This document shows, in pieces, positions 8,690-17,254 of a DNA stretch of 64,000 nucleotides. The DNA is from an uncultured Candidatus Rokubacteria bacterium (GTDB lineage Bacteria; Methylomirabilota; Methylomirabilia; Rokubacteriales; CSP1-6): contig CAVXJS010000021.1 in assembly GCA_963762145.1 (NCBI GenBank), positions 480,001 to 544,000 on the forward strand, given 5' to 3'. A program made the translations under genes and the position numbers. The notes under the pieces were generated by a model that was not told the DNA's origin, did no database searches, and was given only the letters and a program-made list of their open reading frames with translations. Position 1 is the stretch's first letter, and every line of letters starts with the position of its first letter.

Positions 8690-11686
8690 GTGTTCCTCGC
8701 GGGCACGATCCTGGTCGTGCTGTTCACCGCGCACCAGCTCGACACCGAGCGGGAAACCGCCCTCACCCACTGGAAGAGCCGCCTCGCCACCATCACCGTC
8801 GACCGGACCCGTCTCGTCTCGAGCTGGCTCGCGGCCCGCCGCGCCGACGCGGAGGTGCTCGCCGCCTTCCCGGCGGTGCGCGCGCAGCTCGCGGGTCAGA
8901 CGCGGGACGACGAGGCGCTCGCGCGGCACCTGAGCCGCGTCGCCGCGGCCTACGGCTACGTGGGCATCGTGGTCGCGGACGCGAACGGCCACACTGCGGC
9001 CCGGTCCGCGTCCGACCCCGGGCTCGCGGCCGTGCTGCTGGAGCACGCCGCGGAGCAGGCCGCGCAGGTGGCCCGGAGCCGGAAGCCGCGCTTCGAGCTC
9101 GCGGGCGTGGGCGCGGGGCGGCTGCTCGTGGTCACGGTGCCCGTCTTCTCCGACGGCGCGCCCGCCGGCCTCGACGGCGACACGCGGCCGCTCCTCGGCG
9201 TGGTCACGCTCGGCGCCCGGCCGGAGGCCGGCCTCTACCCGCTCCTCGCCGACGACGCGGACCCGACGCACACCAGCGAGACGCTCCTGATCGACCTCGA
9301 GAGCGAGCCGCCCGCCTTTCTCTCGCCGCTGCGCCACCCCCTCCCGGCCGACGCCGAGACGCCGAAGCGCTCCCTCGCCGCCCTGGCCGGGCTCGCCCAG
9401 GCCGGCGCGCAGGGCCACGAGGCGGTCGGCGAGATGGTGGACTATCGCGGCGTGCCGGTGGTGGCCGCGGTGCGCCGGGTCCCGCCCACCGGCTGGTCGC
9501 TCGCGCTCGAGGTGAACCGCGACGAGGCGCTCGCCGAGTTCCAGCGCTCGAGGCGGCTGGCCGGCGCGGCGGCCGCCTTCCTGCTCCTGGCCCTGGCCGG
9601 CTTCCTGATCGCGCTCCACCGCGAGCAGCAGCGCGCGCGGCTGCTCCAGCAGCAGATGCGCCAGGCCCGCGCGATGACGAGCCTGCAGAGCTACGCGGAC
9701 AAGATCGTGGCGAGCGTGCCCGCCGGCCTGCTCCTGCTCTCGGAAGACCTGCACGTCCTCTCGGCCAACCGCGCCTTCCTCGAGTCGTTCCGGCTCCGCG
9801 AGGAGGAAGTGCTGGGGCGCGACCTCCAGCAGCTCGTGCGGGCGGAGCGGCTCATGCGCGGCGCCCGCGAGGCGCTCGCCACCGGCGCGACCCAGCAGGC
9901 CGGCCTCTACGAGCTCTACGTGTACGCGCGCCGCGACACCAAGCCCGCGCGCATCACCATGAGCGCGATTCACCTGGCCGACGACGAGCCGCCGCGCCTG
10001 CTCCTGATCGTCGAGGACCTCACCGAGGAGGAGCGGCTGCAGGCGGCCCACCAGGAGTCGGAGCAGCGCTACCGCGATCTCATCCAGGGCCTCGACGCCA
10101 TCGTGTGGGAAGCCGACGCGCACACCCTCACCTTCTCCTTCGTCAGCCGCCGCGCCGAGACCGTCCTCGGCTACCCGGTGGAGCGCTGGCTGCGCGAGCC
10201 CGACTTCTGGGCCCGCCGCATCCACCCGGAGGACCGCGACACGGTCATGCAGACCTACCGCACCGCGATCGCGGAGGCGCGGGACCACGAGTTCGAGTAC
10301 CGGGCGATCGCGGCGGACGGCCGCGAGGTGTGGCTGCGCGACATCGTCCACGTGGTACGCGACCCGGACGGCCGGGCCGCCACCCTGCGCGGCCTCACGG
10401 TGGACCTCACCGAGCTGAAGCGCTCGGAGCGCGCGCTGCACACGAGCGAGGAGCAGCTCCGGCAGGCGCAGAAGATGGACGCGGTGGGCAAGCTCGCGGG
10501 CGGAATCGCCCACGACTTCAACAACCTGCTGATGGTCATCCGCGGCGACAGCGACCTCATGCTGCGCCGCCTCGCGCCCGGCCACTCCCTGCGCCGCAAC
10601 GCGGAGGGCATCCGCGACGCGGCCGACCAGGCGGCCACCCTCACGCGGCAGCTCCTCGCGTTCAGCCGCAAGCAGGTCATGGCCCCGCGCCTCGTGGATC
10701 TCAACGGCATCGTGGCCAGCATCCACGCCATGCTCCAGCGGCTCCTCGGCGAGACGATCAACCTCGTCACGGTGACCGCGCCGGACCTGGGCGGGGTCAA
10801 GGCCGATCCCGGCCAGATGGAGCAGATGATCCTGAACCTCTGCGTGAACGCGCGCGACGCCATGCCCGACGGGGGCCGGCTCACCGTGCGCACCGCCAAC
10901 GTGGACCTGGACGAGGCGGCCGCCGCGCGCCTGAGCGACGCGCGGCCCGGCCCCTACGTCCTGCTCGAGGTCGGCGATACCGGGGTGGGCATGGATGCGG
11001 AGACCCGCTCGCACCTGTTCGAGCCGTTCTTCACCACCAAGGAGCAGGGCAAGGGGACCGGGCTCGGGCTCTCGACCGTGTACGGCACCGTGAAGCAGAG
11101 TGGCGGCCACATCTCGGTGGAGACCGAGCCGGGCCGCGGCTCCACGTTCACGGTCTATCTCCCCCGCGTGGCGGCTCAGGTCGGGCCGCCGGAGCGGCCC
11201 GCCGCGAACGCCCCCGCCTCGCGGAGCGGCGGCGCGCCCGAGGCGACCCTCACCCCGGGCCGCGGCGAGACCATCCTGCTGGTGGAGGACGCTCAGCGGG
11301 TACGGGCGGTGGTCCGGGAGATCCTCGAGATGAGCGGCTACGTCGTGCTCGAGGCGCGCCAGGGGGCGGAGGCCCTCGAGATCAGCAACCGGCACGCGGG
11401 ATCCATTCACCTGCTCGTCACCGACGTGGTCATGCCGCAGATGAGCGGGAGCGAGCTGGCGCAGCGCCTGGCCACCTTGCGCCCGGAGATGAAGGTGCTG
11501 TATATGTCCGGCTACACGGATGACGCCATCGTCAGGCACGGCGTGCTGGCCTCGGGCATCGCGTTTCTCTCCAAGCCGTTCACCCCGGACGCGCTCGCGC
11601 TCAAGGTGCGCGAGGTCCTCGACGGCGTGGCCGACCGGACGACCGCCGGCCCCTCCGTCACCCCCGGCGGCCGCACCCGCCGCTAG
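8690..11686 (+). CDS. Membrane hybrid sensor histidine kinase (Cache-like, PAS, PAS, HisKA, HATPase, REC); true start may be ATG 8581 with an indel
   Basis: Two TMs; AHDFNNLL; NARDAM; FFTTKEQGKGTGLGL; REC LLVED...TDVVMP...KP. Confidence 0.93.
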   Translation: MFLAGTILVVLFTAHQLDTERETALTHWKSRLATITVDRTRLVSSWLAARRADAEVLAAFPAVRAQLAGQTRDDEALARHLSRVAAAYGYVGIVVADANGHTAARSASDPGLAAVLLEHAAEQAAQVARSRKPRFELAGVGAGRLLVVTVPVFSDGAPAGLDGDTRPLLGVVTLGARPEAGLYPLLADDADPTHTSETLLIDLESEPPAFLSPLRHPLPADAETPKRSLAALAGLAQAGAQGHEAVGEMVDYRGVPVVAAVRRVPPTGWSLALEVNRDEALAEFQRSRRLAGAAAAFLLLALAGFLIALHREQQRARLLQQQMRQARAMTSLQSYADKIVASVPAGLLLLSEDLHVLSANRAFLESFRLREEEVLGRDLQQLVRAERLMRGAREALATGATQQAGLYELYVYARRDTKPARITMSAIHLADDEPPRLLLIVEDLTEEERLQAAHQESEQRYRDLIQGLDAIVWEADAHTLTFSFVSRRAETVLGYPVERWLREPDFWARRIHPEDRDTVMQTYRTAIAEARDHEFEYRAIAADGREVWLRDIVHVVRDPDGRAATLRGLTVDLTELKRSERALHTSEEQLRQAQKMDAVGKLAGGIAHDFNNLLMVIRGDSDLMLRRLAPGHSLRRNAEGIRDAADQAATLTRQLLAFSRKQVMAPRLVDLNGIVASIHAMLQRLLGETINLVTVTAPDLGGVKADPGQMEQMILNLCVNARDAMPDGGRLTVRTANVDLDEAAAARLSDARPGPYVLLEVGDTGVGMDAETRSHLFEPFFTTKEQGKGTGLGLSTVYGTVKQSGGHISVETEPGRGSTFTVYLPRVAAQVGPPERPAANAPASRSGGAPEATLTPGRGETILLVEDAQRVRAVVREILEMSGYVVLEARQGAEALEISNRHAGSIHLLVTDVVMPQMSGSELAQRLATLRPEMKVLYMSGYTDDAIVRHGVLASGIAFLSKPFTPDALALKVREVLDGVADRTTAGPSVTPGGRTRR

Positions 11687-11713
11687 CGCCGCCGCGCCCC
11701 GGCCGCTTCCGTC

Positions 11714-12124
11714 ATGATCGATCGCCCCATTCGCGTGCTGGTGGCCAAGGTCGGCCTCGACGGACACGACCGCGGGGCGAAGATCGTGGCCCGCTGCCTT
11801 CGCGACGCGGGCATGGAGGTCGTCTACACCGGACTGCACCGCACGCCCGAGGAAGTGGTGGCGGCCGCGGTGCAGGAGGACGTCGACGTGCTCGGCATCA
11901 GCATCCTCTCGGGCGCCCACCTGACGCTCTTCCCCCGCGTGCTCGAGCTGATGCGCGGCGCGCGCGCCGGGGACATCCTGCTGGTGGCGGGCGGCGTCAT
12001 TCCGGACGAGGACGTGCCCGTGCTGCGCGACATGGGCGTGGCCGAGGTGATCCTGCAGGACACGCCGCCCGACACGATCGTCGCCCGCATCCGCGACCTG
12101 GTGGCGGCCCGGCCGACCTGCTGA
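11714..12124 (+). CDS. hcmB: B12-binding small subunit of 2-hydroxyisobutyryl-CoA mutase
   Basis: [10 protein letters not shown] base-off/His-on motif; GLHRTPEE and LQDTPP as recalled for HcmB; operon context. Confidence 0.85.
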   Translation: MIDRPIRVLVAKVGLDGHDRGAKIVARCLRDAGMEVVYTGLHRTPEEVVAAAVQEDVDVLGISILSGAHLTLFPRVLELMRGARAGDILLVAGGVIPDEDVPVLRDMGVAEVILQDTPPDTIVARIRDLVAARPTC

Positions 12125-12128
12125 TCCC

Positions 12129-13589
12129 ATGACCGAGCCGGATGAGGCCGCGCTCGGCCGGACGCGCGGCGTGGACCTGACGGTCTGGCCGCCGCGCTAC
12201 GACGCGACCTACCGGCCCGCCCCGTCCGCCGAGCACTGGCTGCCCGAGATCGAGTGCGCGGATCCGGCCGCGCGCGACGCGCTGATCTTCGCCAAGCTGA
12301 CCCACCAGGTGCGCTACGCGTGGGAGCGGAGCCCGTTCTACCGGCGCCGGTGGCAGGAGGCGGGCGTGTCGCCCGAGACCCTCAAGAGCCTCGACGACCT
12401 CGCGCGCTTCCCGGTGGTGCAGAAGGCGGAGCTGCGCGCCGCGCAGGCGGCCGCGCCGCCCTTCGGCGACTACCTCTGCATCGAGCCCGCGCAGGTGGCG
12501 CGCATCCACGGGACCAGCGGCACCACCGGGCGGCCCACCGTGTTCGGCATCGGAGCGGACGACTGGGACCGGATCGGCGAGGCCCACGCGCGCATCCTCT
12601 GGGGAGCCGGCATCCGGCCGGGCGACCGCATCCTGATCTGCTCGTTCTTCAGCCTCTATCTGGGCTCGTGGGGCGCCCTCGCGGGCGGGGAGCGGCTCGG
12701 CGCCACCGTGTTCCCCTTCGGGGCGGGCGCGCAGGGCCAGACGCTCGGGGCCGTGCAGTGGGCGCGCGATCTCCGCCCCTCCGCCTTCTACGGCACGCCG
12801 TCCTACGCGCTGCACTTCGCGGAGACCGCCCGCCGCGAGGGCATCGACCCCGCGGGCCTGGGCTTCCGCATCCTCTTCTTCTCCGGCGAGCCCGGCGCGG
12901 GGATCCCCGCGACCCGGGCGCTGATCGAGCAGACCTTCGGCGGCATCTGCGTGGACATGGGCAGCATGGCCGAGATGTCGCCCTGGATGACCAACGGCGA
13001 GTGCCGCCATCGGACCGGCATGCACCTCTGGCAGGATCTCGTCTACACGCAGGTCTGCGATCCGGAGACGTTCCGGCCCCTGCCCTACGGCGCCGAGGGC
13101 ACCCCCGTGTACACTCACCTCGAGCGGACGTCGCAGCCGATGATCCGGCTGGTCTCGGGCGACCGCGCGCGGTGGGTGGACGACCCGTGCCCCTGCGGGC
13201 GGACCTACCCGCGCCTGCCGCACGGCCTCTACGGCCGCTTCGACGACATGATCATCGTGCGCGGCGAGAACATCTACCCGAGCGCCATCGAGGACACGCT
13301 GCGCGCCATCGACGGCTTCGGCGGCGAGTTCCGGGTGATCGTCTCGCGCCGCGAGGCCATGGACGAGCTGCTGGTGCGCGCCGAGTACACCGCGGCCCAC
13401 GGCGGGCAGGTCGAGCCGCTGCGCGCCCTGATGCGCGAGCGCCTGCGGGCGCGCCTGGGCGTGCACCCGGTGGTGGATCTCGTCCCCGAGGGCACGCTCC
13501 TCCGCACCGAGTTCAAAGCCCGCCGCGTGATCGACGACCGCGATCTCTACCACCAGGGACTTCTACCCGGAGACACTCGCCATGTTTGA
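12129..13589 (+). CDS. hcl: 2-hydroxyisobutyrate-CoA ligase (PaaK-like adenylate-forming enzyme)
   Basis: HGTSGTTGRP, SLYLGSWG, GSMAEMSP, THLERTSQPMIRL, FKARRVID; lies between the mutase subunits. Confidence 0.82.
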   Translation: MTEPDEAALGRTRGVDLTVWPPRYDATYRPAPSAEHWLPEIECADPAARDALIFAKLTHQVRYAWERSPFYRRRWQEAGVSPETLKSLDDLARFPVVQKAELRAAQAAAPPFGDYLCIEPAQVARIHGTSGTTGRPTVFGIGADDWDRIGEAHARILWGAGIRPGDRILICSFFSLYLGSWGALAGGERLGATVFPFGAGAQGQTLGAVQWARDLRPSAFYGTPSYALHFAETARREGIDPAGLGFRILFFSGEPGAGIPATRALIEQTFGGICVDMGSMAEMSPWMTNGECRHRTGMHLWQDLVYTQVCDPETFRPLPYGAEGTPVYTHLERTSQPMIRLVSGDRARWVDDPCPCGRTYPRLPHGLYGRFDDMIIVRGENIYPSAIEDTLRAIDGFGGEFRVIVSRREAMDELLVRAEYTAAHGGQVEPLRALMRERLRARLGVHPVVDLVPEGTLLRTEFKARRVIDDRDLYHQGLLPGDTRHV

Positions 13590-15264
13590 TCCCGAAGCGC
13601 TCAAGCGCCTGGCCGCCGAGAAGGCGGCCTGGGACGCCAAGGAGCTCGCCGAGTTCCTCGCCCGCCAGCCGGAGGCGCGCACCGACTATCGCACCGGCTC
13701 CGGCATGCCGGTGCAGCGCCTGTACACGCCGGCGGACATCGCGGACGCGCCCGCCGACAACATCGGCCTGCCCGGCCAGTTCCCCTACACGCGCGGGCCG
13801 TATCCCACGATGTACCGCGGGCGCAACTGGACGATGCGCCAAATCGCGGGCTTCGGCACCGGGGCCGACACCAACGGGCGCTTTCGCTACCTGATCGAGC
13901 AGGGGCAGACCGGGCTCAGCGTGGACTTCGACATGCCGACCCTGATGGGCTACGACTCCGACGATCCGCGCTCGCTCGGCGAGGTCGGCCGCGAGGGGGT
14001 CGCCATCGACACCCTCGACGACATGGAGGCGCTCTTCGCGGACATCGACCTCGAGCGCATCTCGGTCTCGATGACGATCAACCCGAGCGCGTGGATCCTC
14101 CTCGCGATGTACGTGGCGCTCGCGGAGTCGCGCGGCTTCGACCTGAACAAGCTGTCCGGCACCGTGCAGGCCGACATCCTGAAGGAGTACATCGCGCAGA
14201 AGGAGTGGATCTTCCCGATCCGCCCCTCGATGCGCGTGATGCGCGACATGATCGTGTGGAGCGCGCGGAATCTCGCCCGCTACAACCCCATCAACATCAG
14301 CGGCTATCACATCTCCGAAGCGGGGGCGACCTCGGTGCAGGAGCTCGCCTTCACGATGGCGAACGCGATCGCCTACGTGGAGGAGGTGACCCGGGCGGGG
14401 GTGCCGGTCGACGAGTTCGCGCCGCGCCTGGCCTTCTACTTCGTAGCCCAGGCCGACTTCTTCGAGGAGGTCGCCAAGTTCCGCGCGGCCCGGCGCATCT
14501 ACGCGCGGCTCATGAAGGACCGCTTCGGCGCGACGAAGGCCGAGTCGATGCGCCTGCGCTTCCACTGCCAGACCGCGGCGGCCACCCTCACCAAGGCGCA
14601 GCCGCTCAACAACATCATCCGCACCGCCTTCCAGGCGCTGTCCGCGGTGCTGGGCGGGGCCCAGTCGCTCCACACCAACGGCATGGACGAGGCCTACGCG
14701 ATCCCCTCCGAGGAGGCGATGAAGATCGCGCTGCGGACCCAGCAGATCATCGCGATGGAGACGCGCGTGCCGCAGGTGGTGGATCCGCTCGGCGGCTCCT
14801 ACTACGTCGAGGCGCTGACCAACCGCGTCGAGGCCGAGGTCCTCCGCATCCTGGCCAAGGTGGACGCGATGGGCGGCACCATCAAGGCCATCGAGGAGGG
14901 CTTCTTCCAGCACGAGATCGCCGACTCCGCCTACGACTTCGCCCGGCGCAAGGCGGCGGGCGAGCAGCCAGTCATAGGCGTCAATACACTGGTCGAACCG
15001 TCCGAGCCGCCGCCCCTGCCCATCCACAAGGTGGACCCCGCGGTGGAGGCGCGCCAGATCGGCCGGCTGAAGGACGTGCGGCGGCGGCGCGACCAGGCCC
15101 TCGTGGATCGCCTGATGGACCGGCTCGAGCGCGAGGCGCGCGAGCCCGCGACCAACATCATGCCGGTGACGATCGAGCTCGTGAAGGCGCGCGCCACGCT
15201 GGGCGAGATCGTGGCGCGGCTCCGCCACGTCTGGGGCGCCTACATCGAGCGGCCGGTGTTCTGA
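13582..15264 (+). CDS. hcmA: 2-hydroxyisobutyryl-CoA mutase large subunit
   Basis: MCM-family barrel with MRQIAGFG (Ile88) and SVDFDMPT (Asp115) instead of the MCM RQYAGF motif. Confidence 0.88.
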   Translation: MFDPEALKRLAAEKAAWDAKELAEFLARQPEARTDYRTGSGMPVQRLYTPADIADAPADNIGLPGQFPYTRGPYPTMYRGRNWTMRQIAGFGTGADTNGRFRYLIEQGQTGLSVDFDMPTLMGYDSDDPRSLGEVGREGVAIDTLDDMEALFADIDLERISVSMTINPSAWILLAMYVALAESRGFDLNKLSGTVQADILKEYIAQKEWIFPIRPSMRVMRDMIVWSARNLARYNPINISGYHISEAGATSVQELAFTMANAIAYVEEVTRAGVPVDEFAPRLAFYFVAQADFFEEVAKFRAARRIYARLMKDRFGATKAESMRLRFHCQTAAATLTKAQPLNNIIRTAFQALSAVLGGAQSLHTNGMDEAYAIPSEEAMKIALRTQQIIAMETRVPQVVDPLGGSYYVEALTNRVEAEVLRILAKVDAMGGTIKAIEEGFFQHEIADSAYDFARRKAAGEQPVIGVNTLVEPSEPPPLPIHKVDPAVEARQIGRLKDVRRRRDQALVDRLMDRLEREAREPATNIMPVTIELVKARATLGEIVARLRHVWGAYIERPVF

Positions 15265-16409
15265 TGCCGCCCCGGCCCTTCCGCATCGAGGTCCCCGAGG
15301 GCACCCTCGCGGACCTGCGCGAGCGCCTCGCCCGCGCGCGCTGGCCCGACCAGGCGCCCGGCGCGGAGTGGGCGTTCGGCACGAGCCTCGCGTACATGAA
15401 GGAGCTCGTCGCGTACTGGACGGACCGCTACGACTGGCGCGCGCACGAGGCGCGGCTCAACGGGTTCCGCCAGTTCACGGCCCCGGTGGGAGGCATCGAT
15501 CTCCACTTCATCCACGAGGAGGGCCGCGGGCCGGACCCGCTCCCGCTGCTGCTCTCCCACGGCTGGCCCGGCTCGGTCTGGGAGTTCTACAAGATCCTGC
15601 CCATGCTCACCGATCCCGCGCGCTTCGGCGGCGACCCGGCCGACGCGTTCACGGTGATCGCGCCCTCGCTGCCCGGCTACGGGTTCTCGTTCGCGCCCGG
15701 CCAGCCGCGCTTCGGCATCGCGGAGATCGCCGACCTCTTCGCGTCGCTCATGACCGACACGCTCGGCTACCGCCGCTTCGCCGCGCAGGGCGGCGACTGG
15801 GGCGGCTTCATCACGTCGAAGCTGGGCGCCGCGTATCCCGACCGGCTCGCGGCCATCCACGTGAACCTGCTGTCGCTGCGCCGCGACATCAAGCCGCCGG
15901 CCCAGCCCTCGCCGGAGGAGAAGCAGTACCTCGAGGATCTCGGTCGGTGGCAGCGCGAGGAGACGGGCTACCAGTGGATCCAGGGCACCCGGCCCCAGAC
16001 GCTGGCCTTCGGCCTGAGCGATTCCCCGGTGGGCCTCGCGGCCTGGATCGTGGAGAAGTTCCGGACCTGGAGCGACTGCGACGGCGACGTCGAGCGCCGC
16101 TTCACCAAGGACGAGCTGCTCACCAACGTGATGATCTACTGGGTGACCGGCAGCATCAACGCCTCCTTCTGGCCCTACTACGCGCGCTTCCACTCGCCGT
16201 GGCCCATCGCGGACGGCCAGCGCATCGAGGTCCCGACCGGCTACGCCGCGTTCCCGAAGGAGATCGTGCGGCCGCCGCGGGCCTGGGCCGAGCGCATGTA
16301 CAACATCCGGCGCTGGACGGTGATGCCGGCGGGCGGCCACTTCGCGGCGATGGAGGAGCCGGCCGCGCTGGCGCAGGAGCTCCGCGCCTTCTTCCGGGAG
16401 TCGCGCTGA
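15264..16409 (+). CDS. Epoxide hydrolase (microsomal type, EHN plus alpha/beta)
   Basis: YDWRAHEARLN, HGWPGS, QGGDWG, GGHFAAME; TGATG overlap with hcmA. Confidence 0.93.
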   Translation: MPPRPFRIEVPEGTLADLRERLARARWPDQAPGAEWAFGTSLAYMKELVAYWTDRYDWRAHEARLNGFRQFTAPVGGIDLHFIHEEGRGPDPLPLLLSHGWPGSVWEFYKILPMLTDPARFGGDPADAFTVIAPSLPGYGFSFAPGQPRFGIAEIADLFASLMTDTLGYRRFAAQGGDWGGFITSKLGAAYPDRLAAIHVNLLSLRRDIKPPAQPSPEEKQYLEDLGRWQREETGYQWIQGTRPQTLAFGLSDSPVGLAAWIVEKFRTWSDCDGDVERRFTKDELLTNVMIYWVTGSINASFWPYYARFHSPWPIADGQRIEVPTGYAAFPKEIVRPPRAWAERMYNIRRWTVMPAGGHFAAMEEPAALAQELRAFFRESR

Positions 16410-17254
16410 CGCGCCGCCGGCGGCGGGCCACCACCGTCGTCCTGGCGGCTCTCCTGGCCGCCACCGTCGGGTTCGTCGTGTGGGCGGTCGGCATCGAGCC
16501 CGGCCGGGTGGTGCTGCGGGAGACGCCGGTTTCGATCGCGCGCTGGCCCGCCGACCTCGGGCCCCTCCGGATCGCCGCGCTCGCCGATCTGCACACCGGG
16601 TCGCCCCACATCACGGTGGCCAAGCTGCGCGAGATCGTGGCGTCCGTGAACGCGGCGCAGCCGGACCTGATCGTGCTGCTCGGGGACTACGTCATCCACG
16701 GGGTGGCCGGCGGCCGGTTCGTGGAGATCGAGCAGACCGCGGCGGCGCTGCGCGACCTGAAGGCGCCGCTCGGCGTCTTCGCGGTGCTCGGCAATCACGA
16801 CTGGTGGTACGACGGGGCCCGCTGCGTCCGCGCGCTCGAGGCGGTGGGCATCCACGTCCTGGAAGACGCCGCTGCCGAGGTGACGGTGCGCGGCCACTCC
16901 CTCTGGATCGCGGGGGTCAGCGACCTCCGGACCCGCCCGGCCGCGATCGGCCGCGCGCTCGCGCCGGTGCCGGCGGGCGCGTCGGTGATCGTCCTCACCC
17001 ACAACCCGGATGTCTTCGCCCGCATGCCCGCGCGCGTGCTGCTCACCCTGGCCGGGCACACCCACGGCGGCCAGGTGAACCTGCCCGTGCTCGGGCGCCT
17101 CATCGTGCCGTCGCACTTCGGGGATCGCTACGCGATCGGCCACATCCACGAGGACGACCGCGACCTCTTCGTCTCGCCCGGCATCGGCACCAGCATCGTC
17201 CCGGTGCGGTTCCGCGTGCCGCCCGAGGTCTCGATGCTCACGGTGGGGCGGTGA
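16406..17254 (+). CDS. Metallophosphoesterase (YkuE/YaeI-like), N-terminal TM; start uncertain
   Basis: ADLH, LGDY, GNHD, HNPD, GHTHGGQ. Confidence 0.88.
   Translation: MTRRRRRATTVVLAALLAATVGFVVWAVGIEPGRVVLRETPVSIARWPADLGPLRIAALADLHTGSPHITVAKLREIVASVNAAQPDLIVLLGDYVIHGVAGGRFVEIEQTAAALRDLKAPLGVFAVLGNHDWWYDGARCVRALEAVGIHVLEDAAAEVTVRGHSLWIAGVSDLRTRPAAIGRALAPVPAGASVIVLTHNPDVFARMPARVLLTLAGHTHGGQVNLPVLGRLIVPSHFGDRYAIGHIHEDDRDLFVSPGIGTSIVPVRFRVPPEVSMLTVGR

Noticed and set aside
8495-12130. Very long antisense or alternative-frame ORFs (also 17128-19602, 28155-30974, 43992-46631, 52885-55605)
   Set aside because: Shadows of real genes caused by stop-codon scarcity at high GC; Arg/Gly/Pro-rich with no motifs
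12129-13589. paaK phenylacetate-CoA ligase call
   Set aside because: No paa genes nearby, the pocket motif is SLYLGSW rather than GLFTGG, and it sits between hcm subunits
13582-15264. Methylmalonyl-CoA or isobutyryl-CoA mutase call
   Set aside because: The specificity position is Ile, not Tyr (MCM) or Phe (ICM)
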